From Carnobacteriaceae bacterium (GTDB taxonomy: Bacteria; Bacillota; Bacilli; Lactobacillales; Carnobacteriaceae_A), in the NCBI GenBank assembly GCA_043424675.1, contig JBHWPB010000075.1, positions 1,130 through 65,129 of the forward strand: a stretch of DNA of 64,000 nucleotides. Direction: 5' to 3'. A program made the translations under genes and the position numbers. Numbering within the stretch: position 1 is the stretch's first letter; every line of letters begins with the position of its first letter. The notes beneath the pieces were generated by a model. The model made no database searches. It was not told the DNA's origin and saw only the letters and a list, made by a program, of their open reading frames with translations. Of the stretch, positions 10,986-23,300 are shown piece after piece.

Positions 10986-11855
10986 TTAAGATTTCAACTC
11001 TTCTAACTCTTCTACACTATAGTGATATTTTTCGTTACAGAAATGGCACTGTACTTCAGCCCCTTGATCTTCTCTTATCATCTGGTCCAGTTCATGGTTC
11101 CCCAGACTTGCCATTCCCTCAGCGAATTTTTCTTTAGAACAGTCGCAGACGAAACCGACTGCTGTTTCTTCTAAAATTTTATAAGCATTCTCTCCAACTA
11201 AGAGTTGCAGAACCTTTTCCAAATTCTTTTCTTTCGAAAATATTTCTGACAGAGGACCTAGTTCTGCTAAACGTTCTTCTATCGTTTTAATGGTCTCTTC
11301 TTCTATTCCTGGCATAGTTTGAATCATAAAGCCGCCTGCGGATTGGACCGTCTCGTCTGGGTTGATCAAGACACTTAATCCGAAGGAAGAAGGGGTCTGC
11401 TCAGAAATGGCTGCGTAGTAGGTAAAGCCCTCAGCAATCTCTCCACTGACTAATGGCACTTCTCCACTATAAGGATCTTTCATATGCAAGTCTTTTGTAA
11501 TGTTCAAAATTCCTTCTGTTCCGACAGCACGGCTCACGTCGATTGCTCCATTTTCTTTGGGTTCCAGACGCACTTTAGGATTTTGAACATAGCCTTTTGT
11601 GCGCCCAACCCCATCACTCACAACTACTATTCCGCCTAGAGGACCGTTTCCTTTCAGACGAGTCGTCAAGGTCTCATCGTTTTTTAAGTTTGAAGCAAGC
11701 AAGGTCGTTCCCATTAAAGTTCTGCCTAAGGCTGCTGTCGCATTCAGCAGGGTCCCATGTCTCTCTTGAGCTTCTTGAACCATATTTTGACCGTCAATAA
11801 TAACAACACGGATCTGACCTTCGAAAGCTAGGGCTTTTAATAATCGATCTTTCAT
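10986..11855 (-). CDS. hslO: Redox-regulated chaperone Hsp33
   Basis: C-terminal zinc centre CDCSKEKF...CHFCNEKY. The ATG at 11855 (MKDRLLKAL...) lies 6 nt after AAAGGAG; the ORF-track start at 11906 is an upstream extension. Confidence 0.9.
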   Translation of the reverse strand: MKDRLLKALAFEGQIRVVIIDGQNMVQEAQERHGTLLNATAALGRTLMGTTLLASNLKNDETLTTRLKGNGPLGGIVVVSDGVGRTKGYVQNPKVRLEPKENGAIDVSRAVGTEGILNITKDLHMKDPYSGEVPLVSGEIAEGFTYYAAISEQTPSSFGLSVLINPDETVQSAGGFMIQTMPGIEEETIKTIEERLAELGPLSEIFSKEKNLEKVLQLLVGENAYKILEETAVGFVCDCSKEKFAEGMASLGNHELDQMIREDQGAEVQCHFCNEKYHYSVEELEELKS

Positions 11856-11933
11856 GTAGTGCTCCTTTCTTCTCTCCTCGTAGAAAAAGAAGGTGCATGC
11901 TTGCACCTTCTTTATTGTGACATTATTCCGCTA

Positions 11934-14201
11934 TTATTCTTCGGAATCTTCTTTATCATCTATCTTTCTTCTCTTGATTGATGTGCGGTCTTGCTCGATA
12001 TGTGCGTTATCTCTAACCTCATCATCGGATTCTCTGCCTGTAGTAGAACCAGAGACATTACGACGTGGATCTGATCCTGCTCTTCCTTCAGACGACGTGT
12101 CGTCTTCTTTATTTTCCGAAGATGCCGTCTCTTTCTCACCACTATCTTCATCAATGCCGTGACGATCACTGTACACTTCCCCACGCTTCGCTTCTGCTTT
12201 CTCTTGTTCTTCGCGAATTTCGTCAAAGGATTTTCCAGTAATGGGTTCACTTGGTTCGAGATCTTTCTCTTTTTCTAGTTCGCTTTCACGAGGATATTCT
12301 TTTCCGCCTTCTTCCGGCATTTTACCTGTCTCATAAAGACTTTTGATTTCTTCTTCATTCAGTGTTTCCACTTCGAGCAAGGTCTCGGCAATAACCGTTA
12401 AACGTTCACGGTTGTCGTCAATAATCCGGTGTGCTTCATTCAAGGCACGGTCTAAGAGACCTTTTACTTCTAAATCAATATCATAGGCAATACGCTCAGA
12501 GTAAGGTTTTGAAGCGATAAACTGATTTTCATCGTTGCTGCCATACTGGACAACTCCTAGATCATCACTCATCCCATACTGAGTCACCATAGCACGTGCA
12601 AGCTTCGTTGCCTGCTCGAAGTCATTGCTTGCTCCCGTAGATTGAGTGTTGAAGAATTTCTCTTCCGCTCCTCTTCCTCCAAGCAATCCAACAATCTGTT
12701 CATACAAGTCCTTTTTAGTGAGGAGGTAGCGGTCTTCTCTCGGAAGCATAATGGCATATCCGCCCGCTTTTCCTCTCGGAACGATGGTTACTTTGTGTAC
12801 CACTCTTGCATCACTTAAAACTAAACCGACAATGGTGTGTCCGGCCTCGTGGTAAGCAACCATGCGGCGTTCATTCTCACTGATGATCCGGTCGCGTTTT
12901 GCAGGACCTGCAATAACACGGTCACTCGCTTCGTCGACGTCATAGGGTTCAATAATCTTACTGTCACGACGAGCAGCAACTAGAGCAGCCTCGTTTAAGA
13001 GGTTCTCCAAGTCTGCACCTGAGAAACCTGGTGTTGTTTTAGCCACTGCTTTCAAGTCGACCTCAGAAGAGAGGGGTTTGTCTTTGGCATGGACACGTAG
13101 TATCGCTTCACGTTCTCTAACATCTGGCATTCCAATCAAAATTCTTCTGTCGAAACGGCCTGGACGCAATAGTGCTTTATCCAAGACATCTGAACGGTTA
13201 GTTGCAGCCATAACAATGACGCCTTCTTTACCAGTGAAACCATCCATCTCCACAAGGAGTTGGTTCAAGGTCTGCTCTCTCTCATCGTTTCCACCGCCTT
13301 GACCGGTCCCACGTTTCCTACCTACCGCATCGATCTCATCAATAAAGATAATGGAAGGTGAGTTTTTCTTAGCTTCTTCGAAGAGGTCACGAACACGACT
13401 TGCACCGACCCCAACGAACATTTCAACAAACTCAGAGCCTGAAATAGAATAGAAAGGAACGCCAGCTTCTCCGGCAACAGCTTTCGCGAGGAGAGTCTTA
13501 CCTGTTCCTGGAGGACCTTCTAAAAGAACTCCGGAGGGGATGCGGGCCCCTAATTCTGTAAACTTTCTTGGGTCTCTTAAGAATTCAACAATTTCAACAA
13601 GTTCTGCCTTTTCTTCTTCTGCACCTGCCACGTCAGAAAAGCGCACATTACTCTGTCCCGGGTCCGCTTCTTTTGCTTTGGATTTCCCAAAGTTCATCAC
13701 GCCGCGGCCGCCCCCGCCGCCTTGTCCGGAACGACTCATCATCATGTAGATAAAGCCTACAAAGATAAGAAGCGGTAAGAAAGTCAGGAGGAGGTTAACC
13801 CAGATGCTTGCTTGTTCTTCTTGTTGGGGCACGACCTCTGTTCCCGTAGTTTTAGCTATTGAAAATATCTCATTCACAAGCGGATCATTCTGCAGCACAG
13901 TTGTATTAAATACAGTAGTTTCTTGAGGCGTAGTATCTCCGAATAATCCAGGTATTTGATCGTCTTGCTCTATCGTTTGAGGTTCTTCAAATTCACCTTG
14001 TACACGATATACTCCGGCAATGGGCTGGATAACGAAGCTCTCTATATCATCATCTTCCAAATGTTGTACAAATTCAGTTGAGGAAATGGTCGTGGCCTGC
14101 TGTGATTCTGTATCACCTGAAAGCCAGCTCACAAATCCTATAATTAAAACAAATACAATCAAATAGAAGAGACCATTGCGAAACATATTATTTCTTTTCA
14201 T
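11934..14201 (-). CDS. ftsH: ATP-dependent zinc metalloprotease FtsH, with a long acidic C-terminal tail
   Basis: 755 aa with two N-terminal TM helices, Walker A GPPGTGKT and the zinc motif HEAGH. About 130 low-complexity residues rich in D/E/S/K lie beyond the protease domain. Confidence 0.95.
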   Translation of the reverse strand: MKRNNMFRNGLFYLIVFVLIIGFVSWLSGDTESQQATTISSTEFVQHLEDDDIESFVIQPIAGVYRVQGEFEEPQTIEQDDQIPGLFGDTTPQETTVFNTTVLQNDPLVNEIFSIAKTTGTEVVPQQEEQASIWVNLLLTFLPLLIFVGFIYMMMSRSGQGGGGGRGVMNFGKSKAKEADPGQSNVRFSDVAGAEEEKAELVEIVEFLRDPRKFTELGARIPSGVLLEGPPGTGKTLLAKAVAGEAGVPFYSISGSEFVEMFVGVGASRVRDLFEEAKKNSPSIIFIDEIDAVGRKRGTGQGGGNDEREQTLNQLLVEMDGFTGKEGVIVMAATNRSDVLDKALLRPGRFDRRILIGMPDVREREAILRVHAKDKPLSSEVDLKAVAKTTPGFSGADLENLLNEAALVAARRDSKIIEPYDVDEASDRVIAGPAKRDRIISENERRMVAYHEAGHTIVGLVLSDARVVHKVTIVPRGKAGGYAIMLPREDRYLLTKKDLYEQIVGLLGGRGAEEKFFNTQSTGASNDFEQATKLARAMVTQYGMSDDLGVVQYGSNDENQFIASKPYSERIAYDIDLEVKGLLDRALNEAHRIIDDNRERLTVIAETLLEVETLNEEEIKSLYETGKMPEEGGKEYPRESELEKEKDLEPSEPITGKSFDEIREEQEKAEAKRGEVYSDRHGIDEDSGEKETASSENKEDDTSSEGRAGSDPRRNVSGSTTGRESDDEVRDNAHIEQDRTSIKRRKIDDKEDSEE

Positions 14202-14334
14202 ATTGTCCCCCTATTGTTAATTTTTTTAGTAATATTTAAAATTCCAATAATACCAATATACCATTTCTGATGTTTATTAACCATTCTTTTTACTTCTTTT
14301 TTAGACTTTTTTGAAATTAAAAGTTGTTTTCTCT

Positions 14335-14877
14335 TTATTCATAGATTTCAGGCTTTAACACACCGATGTAAGGCAGGTTCCGGTATCTTCCCTTATAGTC
14401 TAACCCATAACCTACCACGAACTCGTCCGGCACCTCAAATCCTACCCAATCTGCTTCAAAGTCTTTCTTGCGGCGAGCAGATTTGTCGAGCAGAGTCACC
14501 GCACGGACAGAGGCTGCTTTGCGAGCTTTGAACATGGTATCTAAGTAGTGTAGAGTATTCCCTGTATCGATGATATCTTCTACAAACAAAACATGCCGGC
14601 CCTCAACGGTGATACTCATATCTTTTAAAATTTTCACTTCATTCGTAGATTCTAAACCATGGCCGTAACTTGAAACGTCCATAAAATCAATTTCCAAGAA
14701 AATGTCCATTTCTTTCATAAGATCAGCCATAAAGGTGACTCCACCTTTTAAAATGCATACTAAAACAGGATTCTTATCTTTATATTCTTCTGTTAATATC
14801 TCACTCAGTTCCTTGACTTTATCCTGGATATCTTCTTCACTGTATAATACTTTTTCGAGCGTGTCTGCCATTTTCAT
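14335..14877 (-). CDS. hpt: Hypoxanthine-guanine phosphoribosyltransferase
   Basis: 180 aa with PRPP-binding motif [13 protein letters not shown]. Overlaps the tilS stop by 1 nt (TAATG). Confidence 0.92.
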   Translation of the reverse strand: MKMADTLEKVLYSEEDIQDKVKELSEILTEEYKDKNPVLVCILKGGVTFMADLMKEMDIFLEIDFMDVSSYGHGLESTNEVKILKDMSITVEGRHVLFVEDIIDTGNTLHYLDTMFKARKAASVRAVTLLDKSARRKKDFEADWVGFEVPDEFVVGYGLDYKGRYRNLPYIGVLKPEIYE

Positions 14878-16280
14878 TAGAGAATCTCCTCTTCTTTTTC
14901 TTTATAAATTAATATGTACTGTTGTGTATCAATATCTAAGTTTTTCGACAATTCTGACTCTTTATAGTCAACCAGCCAGATTATTTGATCTTTATCGTCC
15001 ACCAATAAATAGGCTTGATCCCTTTGTTCCAGAGGTACTTTTTGGTCGATAAAAATGTCTTTTATCTTTTTACTCCCGCTCATCCCTTTTAAGCTGATTC
15101 GGTCCCCGTCTCGGCGGTTTCGAATCCAGAGTGGTAAGGAGACGCTGGAAGCGTCAATTATAACATACTTTGCTTCTTCATTTTGGTCTATCTCCTGGAA
15201 GCCTTTTTTAATCTCGAAAAAGCCAAGATTTTCGCCATTAGGAAGGGCATGCCAAGTGTTGAGGGTGAGCATGAGAGGAGCCATTTTTTCTGGATTTTTT
15301 CTCTGTTTTTCTCTAAGAGAGAGCCAGTCATAATCTCGAAAAATTTCGAAGCCGCCAGGAAGATCCCAGCTTGTGTTAGGCTCCCCCTCTTGAAGCCATA
15401 TAAAAATACTAGCTATCGTGTCTGTGCTTATCTCTTCTTCCCTCTCTTCGAAAAAAGAGCGAAGCCAATAATTGAAAGTAAACTCGGCTGATTCTGTTCC
15501 TTCTGCCAACAGAGCTTTTCTTGAAAGTATGGTGGTGTCTTTCCCTGTCAAAGACTCTATTTTGGAATCATAGAGGGTTTGAAGAAATGTTTGGATTTTC
15601 TGAATATCACTGGCGGTTTGAGCGATGTGATGAATCGCCTGCTTATTTTCTTTTTTCATCAAAGGGAGGATCTGATTCCGGAAACGATTGCGTGTGTAGT
15701 CGTTTTCTTGATTGGTTGCATCTTCTGTAAAGGGTATATGACAATTTTCAGCATATTCATAGAGTTCTTTTTTTTGACTTGTCAAAAGTGGCCGAACTAA
15801 TTTTTTTCCATAAAAATCACTGGAAGGCTCGATTCCTTTCAGACGCTGCCAATGTCCCCCTCGGACCAGTCTCATCAAGACTGTTTCTGCTTGATCATCT
15901 TGGTGATGGCCTGTCATCAGAATATCTGCAGTATACTTTATCATAATTTCTCTGAAAAAAGTATATCTAAAACGTCGTGCTGCATCTTCAATGCCGCTGT
16001 TTGGATGATCTTTCTTCTCCCACACAGCGATTTCATAAGTAATATTAGCATGAGACAGATAGTCCTCTAATAAGACTTGTTCCTGTTCAGACTCTGAACG
16101 GAGCTTATGATTGACATGACAGACCACAAGCTGAGGTTGGATATGAGAGGGCAATGTCTGCATCAAGTGCAGCAATACCATCGAATCAACCCCTCCAGAG
16201 ACTGCTAGCACGACTGTCTTTGAAGGATCAAGGTCCAATTTATCAGCTGCTATCTTTCTGAATTTATCTCTTAAATCCAT
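14877..16280 (-). CDS. tilS: tRNA(Ile)-lysidine synthase
   Basis: 467 aa with PP-loop SGGVDS. The conserved tilS-hpt-ftsH order is present. Confidence 0.9.
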   Translation of the reverse strand: MDLRDKFRKIAADKLDLDPSKTVVLAVSGGVDSMVLLHLMQTLPSHIQPQLVVCHVNHKLRSESEQEQVLLEDYLSHANITYEIAVWEKKDHPNSGIEDAARRFRYTFFREIMIKYTADILMTGHHQDDQAETVLMRLVRGGHWQRLKGIEPSSDFYGKKLVRPLLTSQKKELYEYAENCHIPFTEDATNQENDYTRNRFRNQILPLMKKENKQAIHHIAQTASDIQKIQTFLQTLYDSKIESLTGKDTTILSRKALLAEGTESAEFTFNYWLRSFFEEREEEISTDTIASIFIWLQEGEPNTSWDLPGGFEIFRDYDWLSLREKQRKNPEKMAPLMLTLNTWHALPNGENLGFFEIKKGFQEIDQNEEAKYVIIDASSVSLPLWIRNRRDGDRISLKGMSGSKKIKDIFIDQKVPLEQRDQAYLLVDDKDQIIWLVDYKESELSKNLDIDTQQYILIYKEKEEEIL

Positions 16281-16302
16281 CTCTTTCTCTTCCTTTTAAT
16301 TA

Positions 16303-16329
16303 AAAAAATCAGGGCGCGGCACGCCCTGA
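16303..16329 (-). terminator. Rho-independent terminator after the S1-domain gene
   Basis: On the minus strand, CAGGGCG-TGCCG-CGCCCTG is followed by TTTTTTT. Confidence 0.7.
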
Positions 16330-16362
16330 CCCTTCATATATTGTTAAAGATTTCTCTGATCT

Positions 16363-16821
16363 CTAGCCTCTGCGTCCGCCTGAACGTTTACTTTCAGTAT
16401 TTTTACGCAGTGAAGATAATCTTTCCTCACTATCTTTTAAGAACGAATCCATGAGGTCATCGAAACTTTCATCTCTTCTTTTTTCTTTTTTACGTGGACG
16501 CTCAGCTTTTGGTTTCTGAGCGGGTTTTGGTGTTGATGTTGTTGTTGATGACGCTTGTTCTGATTTTAATTGGGAAGTAGCTTCAGATGAATCTACTTGC
16601 TTGAGAGATAAACCAATTTTTCCATCATCTTCGATATTAATTACTTTAACGGTTACAGTTTGACCTTTGTCCAGCTCGTCATTAATGTCTTTTACAAAAT
16701 GATCTGCGATTTCACTAATGTGTACAAGCCCAGTCTTATTATCACCTAAATCAATAAACGCTCCGAAATTAGTGATTCCTGTAACCTTGCCTGAAACATG
16801 ACTTCCCACTTCAATTGCCAT
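16363..16821 (-). CDS. S1-domain RNA-binding protein (YabR/CvfD-like)
   Basis: N-terminal S1 fold (GKVTGITNFGAFIDLGDNKTGLVHISE) followed by a basic, low-complexity tail. Confidence 0.85.
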   Translation of the reverse strand: MAIEVGSHVSGKVTGITNFGAFIDLGDNKTGLVHISEIADHFVKDINDELDKGQTVTVKVINIEDDGKIGLSLKQVDSSEATSQLKSEQASSTTTSTPKPAQKPKAERPRKKEKRRDESFDDLMDSFLKDSEERLSSLRKNTESKRSGGRRG

Positions 16822-16948
16822 TTTTTAATATTTTCCTCCTTAGAGATTTGGAGTAATTATAGCATGACTTCCTCTGCTTTTCAACGTTGTTTATGCTAAA
16901 TCTTCGCCCTCTCTTAGCCTTAAAGAGAGAGTGTTTCCTTTTCACTTT

Positions 16949-17422
16949 CTATTCTGCATCTGCTTCTGATTTTTCATCCACTTCTTTATCCGAAAGGTGT
17001 TCCTCGCGGCTTCTTTCTATATATGACCGTGTGGGGTCTTGTTCATCTACAAAATTAAAAACAATTTCATCGCCCTCGGTCAAAAAGTACTCGCTTCTTG
17101 CAAGATTCAAAACATATTCTTCATCTTCCAGCATGCCAATATAATGGACAAGATCCTCTTGATACTGCTGGGTTGCTTCTAACTCTTCTTCGCGAGCCGC
17201 ATACTCTTCTGACAATTCTGTATGGATCGTGTTATTGCTGTGCATAGAAAAAAGTAAATAACCACAAGCGAGAAGACCTACTAAGCTGATCCAAAGTTTT
17301 CTTCTGCGGTTTGTTCTTTGGCGCTTCCTTGCATGATAAGCTTCTAAAGTCTCTTCTTTGATATAGGAGCCCTGAACAGAAACATTCTGTTGATTCTTTT
17401 GTTTTTTCTTATTTAAATTCAT
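16949..17422 (-). CDS. divIC: Septum formation initiator (DivIC/FtsB family)
   Basis: Basic N-terminus, single TM helix (LWISLVGLLACGYLLFS), coiled-coil region, and synteny between yabO and yabR. The ATG at 17422 follows GGGGTGA; the ORF-track start at 17446 is also possible. Confidence 0.75.
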   Translation of the reverse strand: MNLNKKKQKNQQNVSVQGSYIKEETLEAYHARKRQRTNRRRKLWISLVGLLACGYLLFSMHSNNTIHTELSEEYAAREEELEATQQYQEDLVHYIGMLEDEEYVLNLARSEYFLTEGDEIVFNFVDEQDPTRSYIERSREEHLSDKEVDEKSEADAE

Positions 17423-17508
17423 CTTTTCACCCCAAATGTTGTTCATTTAAATTATACCCCTAAAAAGAGAGTCTTGTCCATCTATCACCTGTATTTTTCA
17501 TAAAGAAA

Positions 17509-17769
17509 CTATTCTTCTTTGTAATCTTCTGAAAGAACAGTATACATTCCTTCTGCTTCATTCTTTTTAGTTGTATCTCTGATGTCATCTATTCTCACTT
17601 GCAATGTTCTATTTCCGAATTCGATAATGAGTTCATCGCCGATTTCTACGTTTGTAGAAGATTTTGCTGTCTGTCCATTGATCTTAATTCGTCCTTGGTC
17701 TGCGACATCTTTAGCAACAGGTCTTCTCTTAATAATACGCGATACTTTTAAGTATTTATCAAGTCTCAT
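17509..17769 (-). CDS. rqcP: S4-domain RNA-binding protein YabO/RqcP (Hsp15-like)
   Basis: 86 aa beginning [16 protein letters not shown] (S4 motif), in the syntenic position. Confidence 0.85.
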   Translation of the reverse strand: MRLDKYLKVSRIIKRRPVAKDVADQGRIKINGQTAKSSTNVEIGDELIIEFGNRTLQVRIDDIRDTTKKNEAEGMYTVLSEDYKEE

Positions 17770-17770
17770 C

Positions 17771-18682
17771 TCATCCCTCCTCCAGAGTTTCCATGATATT
17801 CTTTATTATATCCTTTTCATTGAAATAACCCAATTCTGCGCTGTTTTTTATCGATACGAGCGTATGCCAGAGGAGCTCAGCTAAAATTTCTTCGTTTTCA
17901 AAATCTATATCCTCGAGATAAGACAGTTGCTGAAGTCCGCCTAAATCTTCTCCCGCTTCTACTTTTTCTGAAATCAGCGCTTGAAGGCTAGGCAAGGTGT
18001 ATTGAAAATCAGTTTCTGATAAGGGCGGAATATAAACGGAGAGAAGATTGTGGACCCCTTCGAAGTCGTCCATCTCTTCTAGTTTTTTCCAGACTACTTG
18101 TTCTTCAGAAGTCCCCGCTCGGTCAACCAGACCTACTTCATGGTTTTTCGGATAGATTCTTGCCAGTTCTAATTTGAGCTGACTTGCGATAAAGGGATGG
18201 AAAACTTGCATGAAAACGACATGCTGGTCAGATGCAATTGTTGACCAATTAAAATCTAAAGCGTCCAGTAATTGAAAGCCTTCGACGGGGTCTTGCTGCA
18301 CCGCAAGAAACATATCATCGATAAAACTCTTGCCGCCGATAACTTCGATTCGAGCTTCAGGATTTTCTAAGAGAAGCTGGACTGTTTTTTCAGCCACCAT
18401 GGGATGCCCGGGAACCGCGTAGAGCACTTCCTCTTTTTGTGATCTTTCGATAAGGTCGGAAACAATAGCCGGGTAAACCTGATTAAAATCTTCGTTAAAA
18501 GCTTCATAGACAGAATCATAACTTTTAAAGTGAATGTTCATCTCCTCTAGTTCAGAAACGACCGGATGATCAAAGGTGCGGATGTATAAAGGACCTTGGA
18601 AGTCTTGGAGGGCTTTTAACACTCCGACAGGCATCTGACTCAAAGCACCTGGCCCTAATCCTGCAATGTAGATAGTATGCAT
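17771..18682 (-). CDS. YabN-like protein: tetrapyrrole-methylase-fold domain with only a short, degenerate MazG-like C-terminus
   Basis: The ATG at 18682 ([12 protein letters not shown]...) follows GAGGGAG and overlaps the upstream stop by 1 nt (TAATG). 303 aa. The tail [20 protein letters not shown] resembles one MazG helix pair but lacks the EExGD-type acidic motif. Confidence 0.7.
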   Translation of the reverse strand: MHTIYIAGLGPGALSQMPVGVLKALQDFQGPLYIRTFDHPVVSELEEMNIHFKSYDSVYEAFNEDFNQVYPAIVSDLIERSQKEEVLYAVPGHPMVAEKTVQLLLENPEARIEVIGGKSFIDDMFLAVQQDPVEGFQLLDALDFNWSTIASDQHVVFMQVFHPFIASQLKLELARIYPKNHEVGLVDRAGTSEEQVVWKKLEEMDDFEGVHNLLSVYIPPLSETDFQYTLPSLQALISEKVEAGEDLGGLQQLSYLEDIDFENEEILAELLWHTLVSIKNSAELGYFNEKDIIKNIMETLEEG

Positions 18683-20301
18683 TATTTTCTCCCTCGCAAT
18701 ATATATTTTCCAAAAGGTAGCATCAACCATTCTCTTAAGGTTAACACTTCTAACCGGTAAAGAGCATAAATAAAAGTAAGAGCTCCCACAAGAGCTGCGC
18801 CTATGGCAATCAACAGGGCAGCCAAGCGACTTTCAAAAACAAGGAGGCGGGATAAGAGATCCGTTGTGAGATGAGCTAAAACGCCCATCGCTAATAAACT
18901 GCCACCCAGTTTCAGGATAAAGGAAAGCATGTGGCTCACTTCAGGTTTCTTCTGGAATCTTTCTTGCCTCTTATAAAGAAGACGAGCCGATACAAAAAGC
19001 AACACAACAATCAAGCTAAAATTAGTCGCGAGACTAGAGCCGATGATTCCTATTTCTCTTACAAGCAGAGGATTTAGGGCTCCTTTAGTTACGAGGCCCA
19101 TGACTAAAGAGAACAAAAAGTAACTTTTAGAATGGGTAAATTGCAGAACAGTATAGGCACTCTGTATGATTCCCATAAACACAATCGCTACCACATAAAT
19201 CCTCAGAGCAGGAAGCCCTTGAAAGTCTTCAAAGAGAAAGTAGTTTAGATAAGGCATGACAACAATCAAGCCCGCTGCGATAGAGGTGGCTGCGATGAGC
19301 GTGAGCTTTAGCAAAGAGCGACTGGCCCTGCTCAGGATGCTCTGTGTGCTTTCATAGAAAGCGGCCTGTGTTCTTGCAAGTACAGGGGTAAAGCTAGTGG
19401 TCAAACCTACTAACACGACCATGCCCAATTGAAAAATAGGCTGAGCTCTATCATAAACCCCCTTCATCTGCATAGCCGTTTCTCCCCCCACTCCCGTTTC
19501 AACCAAAGTGCGGTAAACCGTAAATGAATCCAACAGCTGCAATAAGATCATAAAACTTGCCACTATGACAATCAAGCCGCCTTCTGTCACTAAGCGTTTG
19601 ATTAAAGCTGGTGTAGACATAAAATGCCGAGCGCTAATGGGAGGTTCTTCTCCGTTGCTTTCTGACTGAGAGAGGCGCAAGTAAGCTACCAGTAATACGA
19701 GACTTGCGATGAGCGCTGCAATCCAGGAGCCGCTCATGGCTTGCGACCCCATCTCATATAAGTCAAGCTGCCCCCTTAAATAAGCATACGCTGCGAAGAG
19801 GATAACACCAATCCTAAAAAATTGTTCCAAAACTTGACTCAAGGCTGTCACTTCCATATGCATCGCACTTTGGAAATAACCTCGTAAGACAGCTAAAAAA
19901 GGGATAAACAAGAAAAAGTAAGACACCTGCTGAATCATAGGCGTTAAATTCTCATCCCCCATGAACACCGCAATGGAAGAAGCAGAGACAGACAAAAAGA
20001 AAAACATGATGAAAGAAAAAACAGTAATAATCCAAAAATATCTTTTGAGGATATTTTTTCTAGCATAAGGACTCTCTTGCTCCACCAAAATGCGCGACAG
20101 AAAAGTCGGCAAGCCGGTCAGACTGAGTGTCACTGCCGTTCCATAGATCGGGTAAACTTGTTGATAAACATAGAATCCTTCATCCCCTGTCCAATTTTGA
20201 AGGGGAACTTTATAGACTGCTGATAAGACCTTGCTGATAAAAGAAGCAAGCGTCAAGATGACTGCTCCATTCACAGCTGCTCTCATATTGTTTTTTCTCA
20301 T
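18682..20301 (-). CDS. MOP-superfamily flippase (YabM/MurJ/SpoVB-like polysaccharide or lipid II flippase)
   Basis: 539 aa with about 14 TM helices, in the position between mfd and yabN as in Bacillus. Confidence 0.75.
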   Translation of the reverse strand: MRKNNMRAAVNGAVILTLASFISKVLSAVYKVPLQNWTGDEGFYVYQQVYPIYGTAVTLSLTGLPTFLSRILVEQESPYARKNILKRYFWIITVFSFIMFFFLSVSASSIAVFMGDENLTPMIQQVSYFFLFIPFLAVLRGYFQSAMHMEVTALSQVLEQFFRIGVILFAAYAYLRGQLDLYEMGSQAMSGSWIAALIASLVLLVAYLRLSQSESNGEEPPISARHFMSTPALIKRLVTEGGLIVIVASFMILLQLLDSFTVYRTLVETGVGGETAMQMKGVYDRAQPIFQLGMVVLVGLTTSFTPVLARTQAAFYESTQSILSRASRSLLKLTLIAATSIAAGLIVVMPYLNYFLFEDFQGLPALRIYVVAIVFMGIIQSAYTVLQFTHSKSYFLFSLVMGLVTKGALNPLLVREIGIIGSSLATNFSLIVVLLFVSARLLYKRQERFQKKPEVSHMLSFILKLGGSLLAMGVLAHLTTDLLSRLLVFESRLAALLIAIGAALVGALTFIYALYRLEVLTLREWLMLPFGKYILRGRK

Positions 20302-20325
20302 GGCATTTCATTCATCTCATGTATT

Positions 20326-23300
20326 TTAAGCTTCAAGGCTTTTGCCCTCATTGATTTCTTGCTCACTCTTCTCTTTTTCTCCTTCACCTTTCAGAAAGGT
20401 CCGGATATTTTCACTGAAAAGAAGTAGGTAACCTAACCAGACATTATCTGAAACGTTTTTATCGATATAAAAGACAACAGAGAGTTTTTCGTTATTGTTT
20501 TTCATATTCACTTTCAACGGAATCTCTTGGAGCGCTTCAATAATTTCTTCTCCTTTAATCTGCTGGGTGCCGCTCTGCGAGAAGGTCACCGTCATTTCAT
20601 TCTTGTTTCTCTTCGCTTGATAATCAATCGTTTCAATCAGAGCTTTTTCTCCTGTGGCCTTTAACAAACCAATCGTCAGTAAGTCGCTCACTTCTTGTGG
20701 ATAATCTCCGAAACGGTCGATTAAATCATCTTGCAACAAGACATAATCTTCTTGGTTTTCAAGACGTTGAATTCTTTTATAAATCTCTATCTTTTGACTT
20801 TCATCCGGAATATAAGCGTCAGGTATATAAGCATCGACTGGAATCTTCAACTCCAAATTGGTTCGCTCTTCTTTTTTGACTCCTTGTCTTTCTTCAACGG
20901 CTTCCCGCAACATCTCTGTATAAAGGTCGTATCCTACAGAATCGATGAAACCGGACTGCTGCTGGCCGAGTAAGTTACCTGCACCGCGGATTGCTAGATC
21001 ACGCATTGCAATCTTGAACCCTGACCCGAGCTCGGTAAATTCTTTCAAGGTTTCTAAACGTTTAGCACTTTCTTCGCGCAATACTTTATCGGGTTGGTAG
21101 AGCATATAAGCATAGGCTACCCGATTGCTTCGTCCCACGCGTCCTCTGAGCTGGTAGAGCTGGGACAAGCCCATCCGATCCGCGTCTTCAATCAAGAGGG
21201 TGTTGACGTTGGGTACGTCGACACCTGTTTCAATGATAGTTGTTGTGACTAAAACATCATATTCACCATTGATGAAAGCTATCAGGGTGTTTTCAAGTTT
21301 TTCTTCAGGCATCTGACCATGGATATAGCCAATGCGAGCGTCTGGAACCAGTTCTTCCAGACTAGCTACCCGCTGTTGAATGGTCCCCACACGGTTATGT
21401 AAAAAGTATACCTGGCCGTCTCTTGCCATCTCCCGTTCAATGGCTTCACGGATGGCACCGTCATTCATTTCCATCACGTAGGTTTGGACGGGATACCTGT
21501 TCTCTGGCGGTGTTTCTATGACAGATAAATCACGGACGCTGATCATGGACATATGCAAGGTACGCGGAATAGGGGTCGCCGTCAGCGTCAATACATCGAC
21601 ATCTTTCTTGATATTTTTAAGTATTTCTTTGTGTTTCACCCCAAAACGCTGTTCTTCGTCGACTATTAAGAGTCCGAGATCACTGAATTTAACATCTTTG
21701 GATAACAGTCGATGTGTTCCAATCACAATGTCGACTTTCCCTTGTTTGAGTCGTTTTAACGTCTCTTCTTGTTCTTTCTTAGTGCGGAAACGACTTAACA
21801 CATCGATTTCAATAGGAAAGCCTTCAAAGCGTTCCGTCAAAGTCTGATAGTGCTGTTGGGCAAGAACTGTGGTAGGAACGAGAAAAGCTGCTTGTTTCCC
21901 TTCTTTGACCGCTTTAAATATAGCACGCATCGCGACTTCTGTTTTTCCATAGCCCACGTCCCCTACTAAGAGACGATCCATCGGTTTTTCTTTTTCCATA
22001 TCTGCTTTAATTTCAGAAGCGCTACGTTCTTGGTCTGGAGTTTCTGTATAAGGGAAAGCATCTTCGAATTCTTGCTGGTAGCTGTCATCTGGTTCAAAGG
22101 CATGCCCTTTTCTCGTTTCTCTTTCAGCATAGAGTGCGATGAGCTCATCGGCAATGTCTTCGACTTGTCTGTAGACACGGTTCTTGGTCTTCGTCCAGTC
22201 GGAACCCCCCAGTGTGTGAATTTTCGGTGTCTTACCTTCTGAAGCGACATATTTTTGGATTAAGTCGAACTGATCTACAGGTACATATAGCTTAGAGCCC
22301 TTTTTGTATTCTATCTTCAAATAATCCTGATGAGTGCCGTTGACTTCCATCGTCTCGATACCAAGATAGCGTCCGATACCGTGGGTCACATGCACAACAT
22401 AATCTCCTGTTTCTAACTCATTATAACTTTTGATACGTTCAGCATTTGTCAAGTTCAAACGTTTAGGTTTTTTCTTGGTGATTTTATTAAATAGTTCTTT
22501 TTCAGTCAAGATTGCTAGTTTATCATGAGGCAGTTCAAAACCATTCTGCAGCTGCCCCAGGCGAATTTGCACTTGTCCCCGTTTGACAGGACTGTCTTCA
22601 TCAGCAAAGCGACTTTTAATATCGAACTCCTCGAATATTTCACCAATCTCCTCCGCTCTCTCTTCAGTCGGCGCAAGAACAACTACTGCATAATCTTGGC
22701 TCAAGAGACGATTTACTTCGCTGTGGAGGAGTTCCATCTGGCTGAAGAACTCCAGCATAGAACGATATTGCACATTAATAATTTGGTCTAAAGTGAGTTT
22801 ATTTAAGCCAGCACCGCTCTGAAAAAGGGTGAGATAAACATGATTGGCCTCATGGCTTGTGAGAACTTCCTTGAAGTCAGCCATGAGTTTGAAATCAGCT
22901 AAGCCTCTGCCGTTTTCTCGCTGCTGTTCTTTCCAAACGGTTTCTTCTTCTTGGATCAATTCTTCATTTTCAAGGATCCTTGAAAATTCATCGAAAAAAA
23001 CAACTCCTGTGTCCAACATATAGTCAAGCAGAGTGGTCTCTTCTGGATAGATAAAATGGCTGTATAATTCTAAGTTATCGTAAGGCTCATCTTCCTCTAA
23101 AGCCTCTAACACACGGCTCATCTCACTGTGAAAAGAATCCAGCTCTTCAGTTTGGCTATTAGCATCATAAGTTTTCTCCTCTTTTTCGAAGGCTTGACGC
23201 AGAGGGTTAGCAGCGTCTCTTTTCCATTCTTCCAGGAAAAGATGTTCGCTGGCAGGTCCTATTTCTATTTCGGTGACACTTTCAAGAGAACGCTGTGTTT

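Noticed and set aside
11960-12250. 96-aa highly basic same-strand ORF in an alternative frame within the ftsH tail
   Set aside because: It is the expected frame-shifted reading of GAA/GAT-rich acidic coding sequence. There is no RBS and no independent support.
20795-20840. Apparent tandem repeat in mfd encoding DAYIPDAYIPD
   Set aside because: The DNA copies are imperfect, and a repeated (D)AYIPD-type segment is, as far as I recall, a normal feature of Mfd proteins at this position. It is not a recent duplication or slippage hotspot.
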